From assembly GCA_026134025.1 (NCBI GenBank), contig JAOQII010000002.1:6008-70007 (forward strand): a DNA stretch of 64,000 nucleotides, read 5' to 3'. Below are positions 1 to 9,513 of this stretch, piece by piece. A model generated the notes under the pieces. It made no database searches, was not told where the DNA came from, and saw nothing but the letters and a program-made list of their open reading frames with translations. The position numbers were made by a program, and so were the translations under genes. The number at the start of each line of letters is the position of its first letter. Position 1 is the stretch's first letter. This stretch comes from Candidatus Syntropharchaeum sp. Its GTDB lineage: Archaea; Halobacteriota; Syntropharchaeia; Syntropharchaeales; Syntropharchaeaceae.

Positions 1-1
1 C

Positions 2-226
2 GCAGGAAATGTGATTGGTACGTATCTCCATGGCGTATTTGATGAGAAGACCTTCAGGGGGAGTGTGCTCGACCATCTCTTTGAGATGAAAGGCGTTTTG
101 CCACCTCAACATCTTGACTTTGAGACATTCAGGGAGAAAGGGTTTAGGAAGCTGGCAGCGCTTGTATCCAGACACCTTGATCTGGAGCGGGTGATGGAGA
201 TCATTGAGGGAGGCGAATGGGGCTAA
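2..226 (+). CDS. cobQ: C-terminal fragment of cobyric acid synthase (CobQ/CbiP glutamine amidotransferase domain); 5' end lies outside the window
   Basis: The frame is open from the window edge. '..GNVIGTYLHGVFDE..' resembles the conserved GTYLHG(I/V)FD motif near the CobQ C-terminus. The next gene is cobS. Confidence 0.6.
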   Translation, partial: AGNVIGTYLHGVFDEKTFRGSVLDHLFEMKGVLPPQHLDFETFREKGFRKLAALVSRHLDLERVMEIIEGGEWG

Positions 227-474
227 AAAGACCGCTCAATTATAGTCCCCCAAAACTTATCTACAGGGGAGAACGACAGGTGAGGAACTTTGAAGAGGTC
301 AGGTCACTGTTAAAGCATGGTATGAGTGCCTACCGGTCAAGTAGTAGCATTTCGATTTGGTTAAAAAGAATTTTCAGTGGATTGTTAGGGTTGAGGGTAA
401 GGGGTTTTTCAAAATTCTCACCTATATTTATTTGAACTTTACTGATTTATGTAACCTATAAGGTGATCATAGCA

Positions 475-1218
475 ATGCGTCTTATTAAGGGCATCAAAGA
501 TGTTATAGGCTTTTTTACAATAATACCCATAAAGAACGGGGATTTTGAGGGTGCTGCCGACCATGCATACTTGCTTCCAGTACTTGGAGCTTTGATAGCA
601 GTTATATGCTCTCTATTCGCAGTTTTAAGCTTCTATTTATTTCCACCGCTTGTAACAGGTATGCTTGTTTTTCTTGTAGCACTAATTATCACTGGATTTA
701 ATAACATCGACGGGCTTGCGGACGTTGCAGATGGAATGATGGTACACGGTGATGCAATGAGAAAACGATCTGCGATGAAGGATACGAGACTCGGTATAAG
801 TGGTCTTGTGAGCTGTATATTTCTGATAGGACTTGATGTCGCTGCATTTTCCGAGCTTGCGCTTTTAGGGCTTTCAATCTTCATAAAATCGATTCTATTA
901 TCTGAGGTTGGGAGTAAGTACGCGATGCTCCTTATATCATACCTTGGAACGCCATCACACGAGGGGCTTGGTTCAGTATTTCTTGAGAGGATTGGAAACT
1001 TTCAGATCGCAGCTGGAAGCATTCTGACAATCTTACTCGTTTTACTCGTTTCATTTGCAGGTCAGATCGCGCTTGCTGTACTTCTTGTCATTCCAGTGGT
1101 ACTCATCCTGACGTTGATCGCAAGACGGAGTTTTGGCGGTGTATCAGGGGATGTTATAGGCGCATGCGGTGAAACTTCAAGGGTTGCAATTTTACTTGGT
1201 CTTCTCGCCATTTGCTGA
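475..1218 (+). CDS. cobS: Adenosylcobinamide-GDP ribazoletransferase (cobalamin-5'-phosphate synthase)
   Basis: Polytopic membrane protein carrying 'FNNIDGLADVADGM' (the CobS DGLAD motif). ATG 475 sits about 10 nt after aaggtga. GTG 463 is an alternative start. Confidence 0.8.
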   Translation: MRLIKGIKDVIGFFTIIPIKNGDFEGAADHAYLLPVLGALIAVICSLFAVLSFYLFPPLVTGMLVFLVALIITGFNNIDGLADVADGMMVHGDAMRKRSAMKDTRLGISGLVSCIFLIGLDVAAFSELALLGLSIFIKSILLSEVGSKYAMLLISYLGTPSHEGLGSVFLERIGNFQIAAGSILTILLVLLVSFAGQIALAVLLVIPVVLILTLIARRSFGGVSGDVIGACGETSRVAILLGLLAIC

Positions 1219-1246
1219 TCACACCCCGTAAAACAAAAAAACAATC

Positions 1247-1254
1247 TTTATATA
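1247..1254 (+). promoter_or_regulatory. TATA-box-like element (tttatata) upstream of the cdh operon
   Basis: Matches the archaeal TTTAWATA consensus and is preceded by an A-rich BRE-like stretch. It lies about 45 nt upstream of the proposed TTG start of cdhA, and an SD (aaggagag) lies between them. Confidence 0.4.
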
Positions 1255-1298
1255 GAGTTAAAATACAGCTATCACCAAAGGTAAAAGGAGAGATCATT

Positions 1299-3671
1299 TT
1301 GGAAGAGATTGGTGGAACAATCAAGATTGAAGGATGGGAAAATGTCCAGATCAACATCGGTCGTATCGGGGAAGAGGAGGAAGAATGGGAGCCAATGGGT
1401 CCCTACCCGATGCCAAAGATGGCTGATCTCAGAAACTGGGATTACAAGCTACTTAACAGGTATAAACCCTTCTACGCACCGCTCTGTGACGTCTGTGCGC
1501 TCTGTACCTATGGGAAGTGCGATCTTTCCGGGAACAAGTACGGTGCATGTGGTATAAGGATGGATGCGATGCAGGGCAGGATCGTGCTTCTTGCATGCCT
1601 TGTCGGTGCGTCAGCACACATGGCACATGGCAGGCACATGATACATGACCTTGAGCATCGATGGGGCGTTGATATACCATTCGATCTCGGAACAGAGATC
1701 AACGTACCAGCACCGCTGACACAGCTTATAACCGGAATAAAGCCAAAAAAGATCCGAGACTTCCTGCCTGTTCTTGATTACATTGAGGAGAATATCGTGC
1801 AGCTTGCAGACGCACTCCACACAGGACAGGAAGGATCATACATGGACTTTGAGTCAAAAGCACTCCAGATGGGGATGCTCGACTCACTCGGTAAAGAGGT
1901 CGCCGATATGGTGCAGATCGCATACTATGATATGCCACATGGTGAGAGCAATCAGCCGTTCTTCGAGGTTGGGATGGGCTCGATCGATACAAAGAAGCCA
2001 ACGGTTATCGTCATCGGGCACAACGCACCACCAACATTTGATATCGTAGAATACCTCACCGAGAAAGGTCTCGAGGATGAGGTGGAGATCGGTGGTATAT
2101 GCTGTACAGCGATTGATGTAACACGGAAGTATCAGAAGGCGAAGATCGTCTCAGCGCTTGGCAGACAGCTCAGGGTTATCAGGGCTGGATTCGCAGATGT
2201 GATCGTGATCGATGAACAGTGTATCAGGGCGGACATCCTGAAGCAGGCAAAGGTCGTTGGATCGCCTGTCATCTGCACGAACGATAAGGCGATGCACGGA
2301 CTTGTCGACCGCACAGGCGATGACCAGGATGAGATAATCGATGATCTTGTTGAGGGAAGGGTCCCAGGTGTTGTGATCCTTGATCCATTCCAGGTCGGGA
2401 AGGTCGCTGTCGAGGTTGCAAGGAAGATGCACCCGAAGCGGGCAAAGAAGGAGTATATCCTCAGTGATGAAGCGTTCAAAGAATACCTTGAGTCATGTAC
2501 GATGTGTGGCAGCTGTACGTTCGCATGTCCACAGGGATTGAGGATCGGAGGAGCAAACAAGAAGGCACTCGAGGGTGATTTAGAGCCGCTTATCATGATG
2601 TTTGATCAATGTGTTGGGTGCGGCAGGTGTGAACAGGTCTGCAAGAAGCACATCCCGATCGTTGATGTTATGGTGAAAGCTGCACGCCCGGTTATTGAGA
2701 AAGAGAAGGGCAAGATGAGGGCAGGCAGAGGTCCTGTGAGAGATACTGAGATCAGACAGGTCGGAGCGCCGCTTGTGCTTGGAACAATCCCTGGTATTAT
2801 CGCACCGATTGGATGCGGAAACTACCCCAACGGAACAAAGGATGTATACACGATCGTTGATGAGTTTGCATCGAGGGGTTACATCGTGACCCTGACAGGG
2901 TGCATGGCGATCGATTGTGGATTCTATCTGGATGATGAGGGAAAATCGGTGTATGAGAGGTATCCAGATGACTTTGATAAGGGATGCGTGCTTAATATCG
3001 GATCATGTGTCTCAAATGCACACATACACGGTGCTGCGATCAAGGTTGCATCGATCTTTGCCAGGAGAAACATCAGGGCAAACTATGACGAGATCGCAGA
3101 CTATATCATAAACAGGGTAGGAGCATGTGGTGTTGCATGGGGTGCGATGTCACAGAAGGCAGCATCGATTGCAACAGGTTTCAACAGGCTCGGTGTTCCC
3201 GCGGTTGTGGGTCCACACGGTGTTAAGTACAGAAGGGCATTCCTAGGGCGAAGGGATCTACCGGAGCGATGGAAGGTCTATGATACAAGAAACGGAGAAG
3301 AACTCTATTGCGAGCCATGTCCTGAGCATCTGCTTGTTGCAGCAGAGACGATAGAAGAGTGTCTACCACTGATGGCAAAACTCTGCTTCAGGGTTGCTGA
3401 TACGTCCCCTGGACGAATGATCAAGCTGACACACTACATCGACCTCTCGATGAAGTACCTGAAAGTAATGCCCCCAGACTGGCACCTCTATGTGAGAAGT
3501 GAGACCGACCTTCCGCTTGCAAAGAAGGAGTACTACCTACAGCTTCTTGAGGAGGAGCAGGATTGGAAGATCGACTGGAAGAAGAAGAAGATCGTTTCAG
3601 GTCCGGTGAAGGGTGTGGATCCCTCGTTTAATCCAACGCTACTTGAACGATTACTACCTGAGAAGAGGTGA
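1299..3671 (+). CDS. cdhA: Acetyl-CoA decarbonylase/synthase complex alpha subunit (CODH catalytic subunit)
   Basis: Has the Cys-rich N-terminus 'CDVCALCTYGKCDL', then 'GHNAPP' and 'IGGICCTAID', plus the archaeal ferredoxin insert 'CTMCGSCTFACP...CVGCGRCEQVC'. The length is about 790 aa from TTG 1299, which follows SD aaggagag. The ORF-track ATG 1212 overlaps cobS and lies upstream of the TATA box. Confidence 0.9.
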   Translation: MEEIGGTIKIEGWENVQINIGRIGEEEEEWEPMGPYPMPKMADLRNWDYKLLNRYKPFYAPLCDVCALCTYGKCDLSGNKYGACGIRMDAMQGRIVLLACLVGASAHMAHGRHMIHDLEHRWGVDIPFDLGTEINVPAPLTQLITGIKPKKIRDFLPVLDYIEENIVQLADALHTGQEGSYMDFESKALQMGMLDSLGKEVADMVQIAYYDMPHGESNQPFFEVGMGSIDTKKPTVIVIGHNAPPTFDIVEYLTEKGLEDEVEIGGICCTAIDVTRKYQKAKIVSALGRQLRVIRAGFADVIVIDEQCIRADILKQAKVVGSPVICTNDKAMHGLVDRTGDDQDEIIDDLVEGRVPGVVILDPFQVGKVAVEVARKMHPKRAKKEYILSDEAFKEYLESCTMCGSCTFACPQGLRIGGANKKALEGDLEPLIMMFDQCVGCGRCEQVCKKHIPIVDVMVKAARPVIEKEKGKMRAGRGPVRDTEIRQVGAPLVLGTIPGIIAPIGCGNYPNGTKDVYTIVDEFASRGYIVTLTGCMAIDCGFYLDDEGKSVYERYPDDFDKGCVLNIGSCVSNAHIHGAAIKVASIFARRNIRANYDEIADYIINRVGACGVAWGAMSQKAASIATGFNRLGVPAVVGPHGVKYRRAFLGRRDLPERWKVYDTRNGEELYCEPCPEHLLVAAETIEECLPLMAKLCFRVADTSPGRMIKLTHYIDLSMKYLKVMPPDWHLYVRSETDLPLAKKEYYLQLLEEEQDWKIDWKKKKIVSGPVKGVDPSFNPTLLERLLPEKR

Positions 3672-3677
3672 TAAAAT

Positions 3678-4244
3678 ATGGGTTGTGATTCTTGTGGGGG
3701 TTCATGTTCTCCACAAAATTATCTTTCGTTTGACGCAGGAAACACACATGGTCCAGAGAGCGGCAGGCTGGCAGCACCAGAAACAATCGGGAGATTGATA
3801 AAATCTGCAAAGCGACCGCTCTTGATCGTGGGTTCAGAGATACTTGAGGATGATGGTATGCTCGACAGGGCGATCGCCATCGGTAAGAAAGGGATTCCGA
3901 TCGCTGCAACAGGCCCTGCTATTCGGGGTTTTGTTGAGCGTGAGTACGATGGAGAGGTATACTATTACCAGCTCCATGAGCTTACCAACTGTATCCTTGA
4001 TCCGGAATGGAAGGGACTTGATGGTCAGGGCAATTACGATGTCGTGGTCTTCTTCGGGATTATATACTACTATGCATCAGCAATGCTATCAGCGATCAAG
4101 AACTTTGGAACCGATCCGTTGATACGTGGTGTCTCGATCGATAAGTACTACCATCCACACGCCCGCATGACCTTTGGGAACTATAGCCCAAAGCGCCAGG
4201 CAGAATATTTAGAGATGCTGGATAAGTTAATTACTGTATTGTAA
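3678..4244 (+). CDS. cdhB: ACDS complex epsilon subunit
   Basis: 188 aa, immediately after cdhA. '..IGRLIKSAKRPLLIVGSEILED..' is typical of CdhB, and the operon position fits. Confidence 0.85.
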   Translation: MGCDSCGGSCSPQNYLSFDAGNTHGPESGRLAAPETIGRLIKSAKRPLLIVGSEILEDDGMLDRAIAIGKKGIPIAATGPAIRGFVEREYDGEVYYYQLHELTNCILDPEWKGLDGQGNYDVVVFFGIIYYYASAMLSAIKNFGTDPLIRGVSIDKYYHPHARMTFGNYSPKRQAEYLEMLDKLITVL

Positions 4245-4256
4245 AGGAGGTTTTAA

Positions 4257-5681
4257 ATGGCAGAAGAGTTTCCATTTGAGATTAGCCCGATGTATGAGGG
4301 CGAGCGAGTAAGAAAAGGAGATATGTATGTCGAGCTTGGAGGATCGACAAAAGATGGCTTCGAGCTTGTACAGGTGGTTGACGATCCGAACGAGGTTGAG
4401 GACGGAAAGGTAACGCTCATTGGTCCTGACATCCTTGATATGGAAGAAGGCGGGTTTTATCCCTACGGTATGATCTACAAGGTGGCAGGCGAGCAGCTTG
4501 AGACAGATCTTGAGGCGGTCCTTGAGCGAAGGCATCACGAGTTCCAGCCATACATGCAGGGGTATATGCACTTAAACCAGCGGTATGATATCTGGGTACG
4601 TATCAGTAAGGACATGATCAAGAACGGACTGAAATCATTTGAACAGATCGCAAAGGCGACGATGATGCTCTACAAGAACGAGCTCCCATTCATTGAGAAG
4701 ATGGAAGCGATCTATATCACAGATGAAGAGAAGGTGAAGGAAGAGCTTGCAAAAGCGATGGAAATCTACAAGGCAAGGGATGAGCGAGCACGTGCGATGC
4801 ATGATGAGGATGCGGACGTCTTCTATGGCTGCACACTCTGTCAGGCGTTTGCACCAACAAGCGTCTGTGTCGTAACACCCGATCGAACATCACTCTGTGG
4901 TGCGATGACATGGTTTGACTGCAGAGCCGCTGCAAAAGTAGATCCAGAAGGACCAAATTTCCCGATCGAGAAGGGTGAGTGCCTTGATGAGCTGAAGGGT
5001 GAGTACACGGGGGTCAACGAAAAGGCGGTTGAGCTATCAGGTGGTGAGTATGACAGGATAATGCTCTACACGTTCATGGAGTACCCACACACATCCTGTG
5101 GTTGTTTCGAGGTGATCGGGTTCTACATGCCAGAGGTGCAGGCGATCGGATGGGTCGATCGAAACTTCCCAGCTGCAACACCTAACGGACTTCCATTCTC
5201 CTCGATGGCAGGGCAGGCTGGTGGTGGTAAGCAGACACTCGGGTTCCTCGGTATCGGTATTCAGTACTTCTTCTCCCCGAAGTTCCTTCAGGGTGAAGGG
5301 GGATGGACAACGACTGCCTGGCTTCCAAAAGATCTGAAAGATCGTATACTCGAGGCGATTCCTGAGGATATGCGTGATAAGATCGCAACAGAGGAGGATG
5401 CAACAGACGTCACCCAGCTGATGGAGTTCATGAAGAAGGTCAATCACCCGATGGTCGCAAAATGGGCAGCAGAAGAAGAGGAGGAAGTCGAAGAGGCTGC
5501 AGAAGCAGCAGCACCAGAGGCAGCAGCAATGCCACAGATGCCAATGATGCAGCCCGGCATGATGCCACAGATGCAGCTTCCCGCATTTGCACCTTCTGGT
5601 GGAGCAGCAGGCGGGATCAAGCTGGTTTTGAAGAACGCCAATATCAAGGTGGAGAAGATAATACTCAAGAAGAAGGAGTGA
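4257..5681 (+). CDS. cdhC: ACDS complex beta subunit (acetyl-CoA synthase, A-cluster)
   Basis: A-cluster region 'CQAFAPTSVCVVTPDRTSLCGAMTWFDCRAA' and the Cys-Gly-Cys motif 'HTSCGCFE'. The C-terminal tail is low-complexity and rich in Ala, Glu, Met, Pro and Gln. Confidence 0.95.
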   Translation: MAEEFPFEISPMYEGERVRKGDMYVELGGSTKDGFELVQVVDDPNEVEDGKVTLIGPDILDMEEGGFYPYGMIYKVAGEQLETDLEAVLERRHHEFQPYMQGYMHLNQRYDIWVRISKDMIKNGLKSFEQIAKATMMLYKNELPFIEKMEAIYITDEEKVKEELAKAMEIYKARDERARAMHDEDADVFYGCTLCQAFAPTSVCVVTPDRTSLCGAMTWFDCRAAAKVDPEGPNFPIEKGECLDELKGEYTGVNEKAVELSGGEYDRIMLYTFMEYPHTSCGCFEVIGFYMPEVQAIGWVDRNFPAATPNGLPFSSMAGQAGGGKQTLGFLGIGIQYFFSPKFLQGEGGWTTTAWLPKDLKDRILEAIPEDMRDKIATEEDATDVTQLMEFMKKVNHPMVAKWAAEEEEEVEEAAEAAAPEAAAMPQMPMMQPGMMPQMQLPAFAPSGGAAGGIKLVLKNANIKVEKIILKKKE

Positions 5682-5715
5682 TCCTTCTCTCTTCTTTTTC
5701 ATATTTTTCACAGAA

Positions 5716-6468
5716 ATGACAACCATCGTGATATCTGGAAAGGGCGGCACAGGAAAGACAAATATAGCCGCGCTTCTCGTTCGAATCCTCTCGGAAAATA
5801 AACTTGTTCTTGCGATAGATGCAGATCCTGATACCAACCTGGCTGATGCACTCGGTTTTCCCGTTACAAAGACGGTAGGTGACATCAGGGAAGGATTTCT
5901 CGATGAGAAGGATGAACTGGCACCTGAACTTGATAAGCAATCATACTTTGAGTCCAGAGTGATGAGTATCATCGAGGAGGCTGATCGGTTTGATATCATT
6001 GCGATGGGAAGACCTGAAGGACCGGGTTGCTACTGTTATGCCAACAACATCTTAAGAGCCGTTATCGAGAAACTTGAGGGAAATTACGAGATGGTTGTGA
6101 TCGATACCGAGGCAGGGCTTGAACATTTGAGCCGCAGGACCGTCAGAGACATAGATTTACTCCTTGTTGTGAGCGATGTATCAAAGAGAGGGCTTGATAC
6201 GGCAGATCGCATCAGGGCCCTTGCAAATGAGCTCAATATCAGGGTAAAACGGATTGCAGTCATTGCAAACAGGGTCAGAAATGAACACGATCGCGAGAAG
6301 TTGAAAAATATGGCAGAGAAGATGAATCTTGAGTTAATTGGCTTCATACCTTTTGACGAGGAACTTGCAGCGCTTGATCTGGATGGGTTACCTTTAACTC
6401 AGTTAAAAGATGACTCTCCAGCCTTTGAAGCGGTTAAAGATCTCGTTGAGAGGTTAGATTTGAACTAA
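5716..6468 (+). CDS. cooC: CooC/AcsF-type nickel-insertion accessory ATPase
   Basis: P-loop 'GKGGTGKT' and the CxC metal motif 'GPGCYCYANN'. It sits between cdhC and cdhD, as in Methanosarcinales cdh operons. Confidence 0.85.
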   Translation: MTTIVISGKGGTGKTNIAALLVRILSENKLVLAIDADPDTNLADALGFPVTKTVGDIREGFLDEKDELAPELDKQSYFESRVMSIIEEADRFDIIAMGRPEGPGCYCYANNILRAVIEKLEGNYEMVVIDTEAGLEHLSRRTVRDIDLLLVVSDVSKRGLDTADRIRALANELNIRVKRIAVIANRVRNEHDREKLKNMAEKMNLELIGFIPFDEELAALDLDGLPLTQLKDDSPAFEAVKDLVERLDLN

Positions 6469-6498
6469 AAAATATGTTGGGTGAGGTGATAGTTTAAA

Positions 6499-7809
6499 AT
6501 GACCACGATTAATTTCCAGGATCTAATAAAGATCCTTGAGAAGTACGAGATAGCAGAGCTTGAGAATGTAGTGATAGATGGTGATGTAGAGATCGAGATG
6601 TTGGAAGGCGGTGGTGGAGATGCCGCGGCACTGCAGCTTGCAATCGGACAGGGAGCAGCACAGATTGGGATGAACCTGATGCAGCTTGCTCAGATGCTTG
6701 GGTACCCGGTTGGGGCGTTGATGCAACCTGTGGGCGTTCCACCTGCTGTGGGTGCTGCTGAGGCAGAGATACTTGAGAAACTACTCGATGAGAAGTTCTC
6801 GGTTGAGCATGAGAAGTACACAACCGCAGTGGAAGAGGTCACAATCGGTGCAACAAAAGCAGATGGCGGAACACGTGAGACAACGGTCACAATCGGCGGT
6901 GAGCGTGCTCTACCATTCTTCAATTACGCAGCTCCAATGCCAAATCCCATTGCAATAACACTTGACTGCTTTGATATGCCAATCGGACTTGCAAAAGCGG
7001 TGAAGGTTCATTATGAGGATGTAATGGAGAGTCCAGGCGAGTGGGCAAAGAAGAATGTTGAGAAGTTTGGGGCTGATATGGTAACGATTCACCTGATCAG
7101 TACCGATCCTCTCATCAAGGATACTCCACCAAAAGAGGCTGCAAAGGTTGTTGAGGAGGTTTTGCAGGCTGTAAAGGTCCCGATTGTGATCGGTGGTTCA
7201 GGAAATCCTGACAAAGATCCAGCAGTCCTCGAGGCTGCGGCAGAGGTTGCAGAGGGTGAGAGGTGTTTGATCGCATCGGCAAACCTCAACATGGACTATG
7301 AACGGATCGCAAAGGCAGCGATGGACCACGGACATGTTATTCTCTCATGGACACAGCTTGATATAAACAACCAGAAGACCCTGAACAGGTACCTCTTCAA
7401 GGCTGGCGTGAACAGGAAGGATATCGTGATCGACCCAACAACCGCTGCCTTGGGATATGGTATCGACTATGCCTTCACGAATATCGAGCGGATGCGGCTG
7501 ATGGCGCTCAAAGGCGATACAGACCTGAACTTCCCGATCTCATGTGGTATCACGAACGCATGGGGTGCGAGAGAGGCATGGATGAAAGAGTCGCCACTGA
7601 AAGAAGACTCAGACTGGGGACCCCGTGAGTACAGAGGGCCATTGTTCGAGATCATTACAGGTCTGACACTCGGGGTGGCAGGAGGCGATCTTTTCATGAT
7701 GATGCACCCAGGCGCTGCTGCAACGGTCAAGGAGATTACCCGAACACTCAGAGGGGATGTTGAAGCAAAACCGGTCCCGATCGATGATTGGGTAACACTG
7801 GAGGTGTGA
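6499..7809 (+). CDS. cdhD: ACDS complex delta subunit (corrinoid protein small subunit)
   Basis: 436 aa in the expected operon position. A Gly/Ala/Gln-rich N-terminal linker is followed by a TIM-barrel-like body ('[10 protein letters not shown]', '[10 protein letters not shown]'). Confidence 0.85.
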   Translation: MTTINFQDLIKILEKYEIAELENVVIDGDVEIEMLEGGGGDAAALQLAIGQGAAQIGMNLMQLAQMLGYPVGALMQPVGVPPAVGAAEAEILEKLLDEKFSVEHEKYTTAVEEVTIGATKADGGTRETTVTIGGERALPFFNYAAPMPNPIAITLDCFDMPIGLAKAVKVHYEDVMESPGEWAKKNVEKFGADMVTIHLISTDPLIKDTPPKEAAKVVEEVLQAVKVPIVIGGSGNPDKDPAVLEAAAEVAEGERCLIASANLNMDYERIAKAAMDHGHVILSWTQLDINNQKTLNRYLFKAGVNRKDIVIDPTTAALGYGIDYAFTNIERMRLMALKGDTDLNFPISCGITNAWGAREAWMKESPLKEDSDWGPREYRGPLFEIITGLTLGVAGGDLFMMMHPGAAATVKEITRTLRGDVEAKPVPIDDWVTLEV

Positions 7810-7812
7810 AGG

Positions 7813-9219
7813 ATGAAGTTATCAAGTCCACTCGAGATCTATGACTATCTCCCAAAGACCAACTGCGGTGAGTGCGGTGAAGCAACGTGCATGGCGTTTG
7901 CTGCAAAGCTCATCGAGCGAGAGGTTAAGCTTGAAACCTGCAAGCCGATACTTGAGGATAAGTTCAGGAAGAAGTACGAGGAGCTTTCAGAGCTTTTAGC
8001 ACCAGAGATAAAGGAGATTGTACTTGGCGTTGGTGAGCGCGCGATAAAGATCGGTGGCGAGGACGTGATGCACCGTCACCAGCTAACATTCTTCGATGAG
8101 ACCGCACTCGTCTATGATGTCTGGGATACGATGGATGAGGCAGATCTCGTTGCAAGGGTAAAGGCGATCACAGACTGGCAGAAGTTCTATGTAGGGGACT
8201 TTCTGAGGCTCTATGGTGTTGCTGTAAGATCGACATCTAACGATCCAGCAAAGTTTGGAGCATGTGTCAGGAAGGTTCTTGAGACGACACCTCTCCCGCT
8301 TGTTCTCTGCTCATTTGATCCAAAGGTTCTGGAGGCAGGGCTTGAGGTTGCAGCCGATAAGAATCCACTCATCTATGCAGCAAACAAGGACAACTGGAAG
8401 GATGTTGCAAAACTTGTAAAGAAGTACAACGTTGCTGTCACGCTCTACGCACCCGCTGACCTCGATCTCTTGAAGTCAATGGCGGTATCATTTGAGAAGA
8501 TGGGGATCAGTGACCTGGTGCTTGATCCAGGGACATACCCAACAGGGAAGGATCTTGAGCAGACACTCCAGCGATTTCTCCAGATAAGGCGTGCGGGGAT
8601 CGTTGAAGGTCAGAAAGATATCGCATACCCGATTATGTCTGTCCCATTAACGACATGGATGGTATATGATGACCCTGTCGATGCAACTTACTGGGAGACT
8701 GTGCTGGCAGATGTCTTCACGATCAGGTATGCTGACATCATGATCCTCCACTCGATCGAGCCGTACGCCGTGATGATCCAGCGAACGCTTGTTGATAACA
8801 TCTATGTCGATCCAAGAAGACCTGTACAGGTTGATCCAGGCGTCAATGTGATCGGTAACCCGACAGCGGATTCACCTGTATTTATGACAACGAACTTCGC
8901 ACTGACATACTACACGGTGGAGAGTGACGTTGCATCCAACAACATCGACTGTTACATCCTTGTGGTTGATACAGAAGGTATCGGTGTTGAGGCAGCACTT
9001 GCAGGTGGGCAGTTAACGTCAGCCAAGGTCAAGGATACGATGGAGAAGGCGGATATTAACCTTGAGGAGGCGGTGACACACAAGACCCTGATCATACCGG
9101 GACTTACGGCAAGAATATCCGGCGAGCTTGAGGATACACTTGGCTGGAATATCCTCGTGGGTCCAGGCGACTCAGGACGTATACCCGGATTTTTGGAAGA
9201 GAAGTGGCCCCCCAAGTAG
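7813..9219 (+). CDS. cdhE: ACDS complex gamma subunit (corrinoid/Fe-S protein large subunit)
   Basis: The N-terminal [4Fe-4S] motif 'LPKTNCGECGEATCMAFAAKL' is typical of CdhE/AcsC. 468 aa. Confidence 0.9.
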   Translation: MKLSSPLEIYDYLPKTNCGECGEATCMAFAAKLIEREVKLETCKPILEDKFRKKYEELSELLAPEIKEIVLGVGERAIKIGGEDVMHRHQLTFFDETALVYDVWDTMDEADLVARVKAITDWQKFYVGDFLRLYGVAVRSTSNDPAKFGACVRKVLETTPLPLVLCSFDPKVLEAGLEVAADKNPLIYAANKDNWKDVAKLVKKYNVAVTLYAPADLDLLKSMAVSFEKMGISDLVLDPGTYPTGKDLEQTLQRFLQIRRAGIVEGQKDIAYPIMSVPLTTWMVYDDPVDATYWETVLADVFTIRYADIMILHSIEPYAVMIQRTLVDNIYVDPRRPVQVDPGVNVIGNPTADSPVFMTTNFALTYYTVESDVASNNIDCYILVVDTEGIGVEAALAGGQLTSAKVKDTMEKADINLEEAVTHKTLIIPGLTARISGELEDTLGWNILVGPGDSGRIPGFLEEKWPPK

Positions 9220-9233
9220 GGGGGTTTGTTTTT
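9208..9233 (+). terminator. Hairpin plus T-tract at the end of the cdh operon
   Basis: CCCCCC (9208-9213), loop aagta, GGGGGG (9219-9224), straddling the cdhE TAG stop. It is followed by tttgttttt. Confidence 0.5.
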
Positions 9234-9513
9234 ATATTACTGAGAGCATCTTGCGTAATTATCCATACTCAGACCATCTCTTCTTATAATATTCCCAGAC
9301 TATTTCTGAAACAGGGGTATATTGAGCCTCTGGTCAGGAAATGCATCCCCCGCTCTAAAAGAAGATACACAGGAAGACAATATGATACGATGAGCTGGAG
9401 TTTAATTGTGAAGGGGGTCTATTGTAGTGGATGATGTTTGGGTCAAGTATTGTAGGGTCAGAAGCGGATACCCCCCAATTCGCTCGGGTGTGGACATGTT
9501 ATCGAATATCACC

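Noticed and set aside
217-435. 72-aa ORF in the cobQ-cobS spacer
   Set aside because: It has no SD, an odd Ser/Arg/Leu-rich composition and no recognisable motif, and it overlaps the cobQ stop. It is most likely non-coding spacer.
227-474. Possible cobalamin riboswitch or other structured RNA in the 250-nt spacer upstream of cobS
   Set aside because: I could not find the B12-box or a convincing conserved fold by eye, and cobalamin riboswitches are essentially bacterial. A covariance-model scan (Rfam) would be needed to say more.
1212-1298. ORF-track ATG start of cdhA at 1212
   Set aside because: It overlaps the end of cobS and lies upstream of the TATA box at 1247. The encoded 29 residues are basic, non-conserved sequence. 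TTG 1299 with SD aaggagag fits CdhA N-termini better.
5440-5640. Low-complexity Glu/Ala and Met/Pro/Gln repeats ('EEEEEVEEAAEAAAPEAAAMPQMPMMQPGMMPQMQ'), considered as a separate repeat element
   Set aside because: The stretch lies in frame within cdhC. As I recall, Methanosarcinales-type CdhC proteins commonly carry such a flexible C-terminal extension. The similar Gly/Ala/Gln-rich stretch at the CdhD N-terminus (about 6600-6790) is likewise a linker.
5037-5999. 320-aa minus-strand ORF across the cdhC/cooC junction
   Set aside because: It is antisense to two confidently identified genes. Its Cys/Leu/His-rich low-complexity translation is the mirror of the Ala/Glu/Met-rich CdhC tail.
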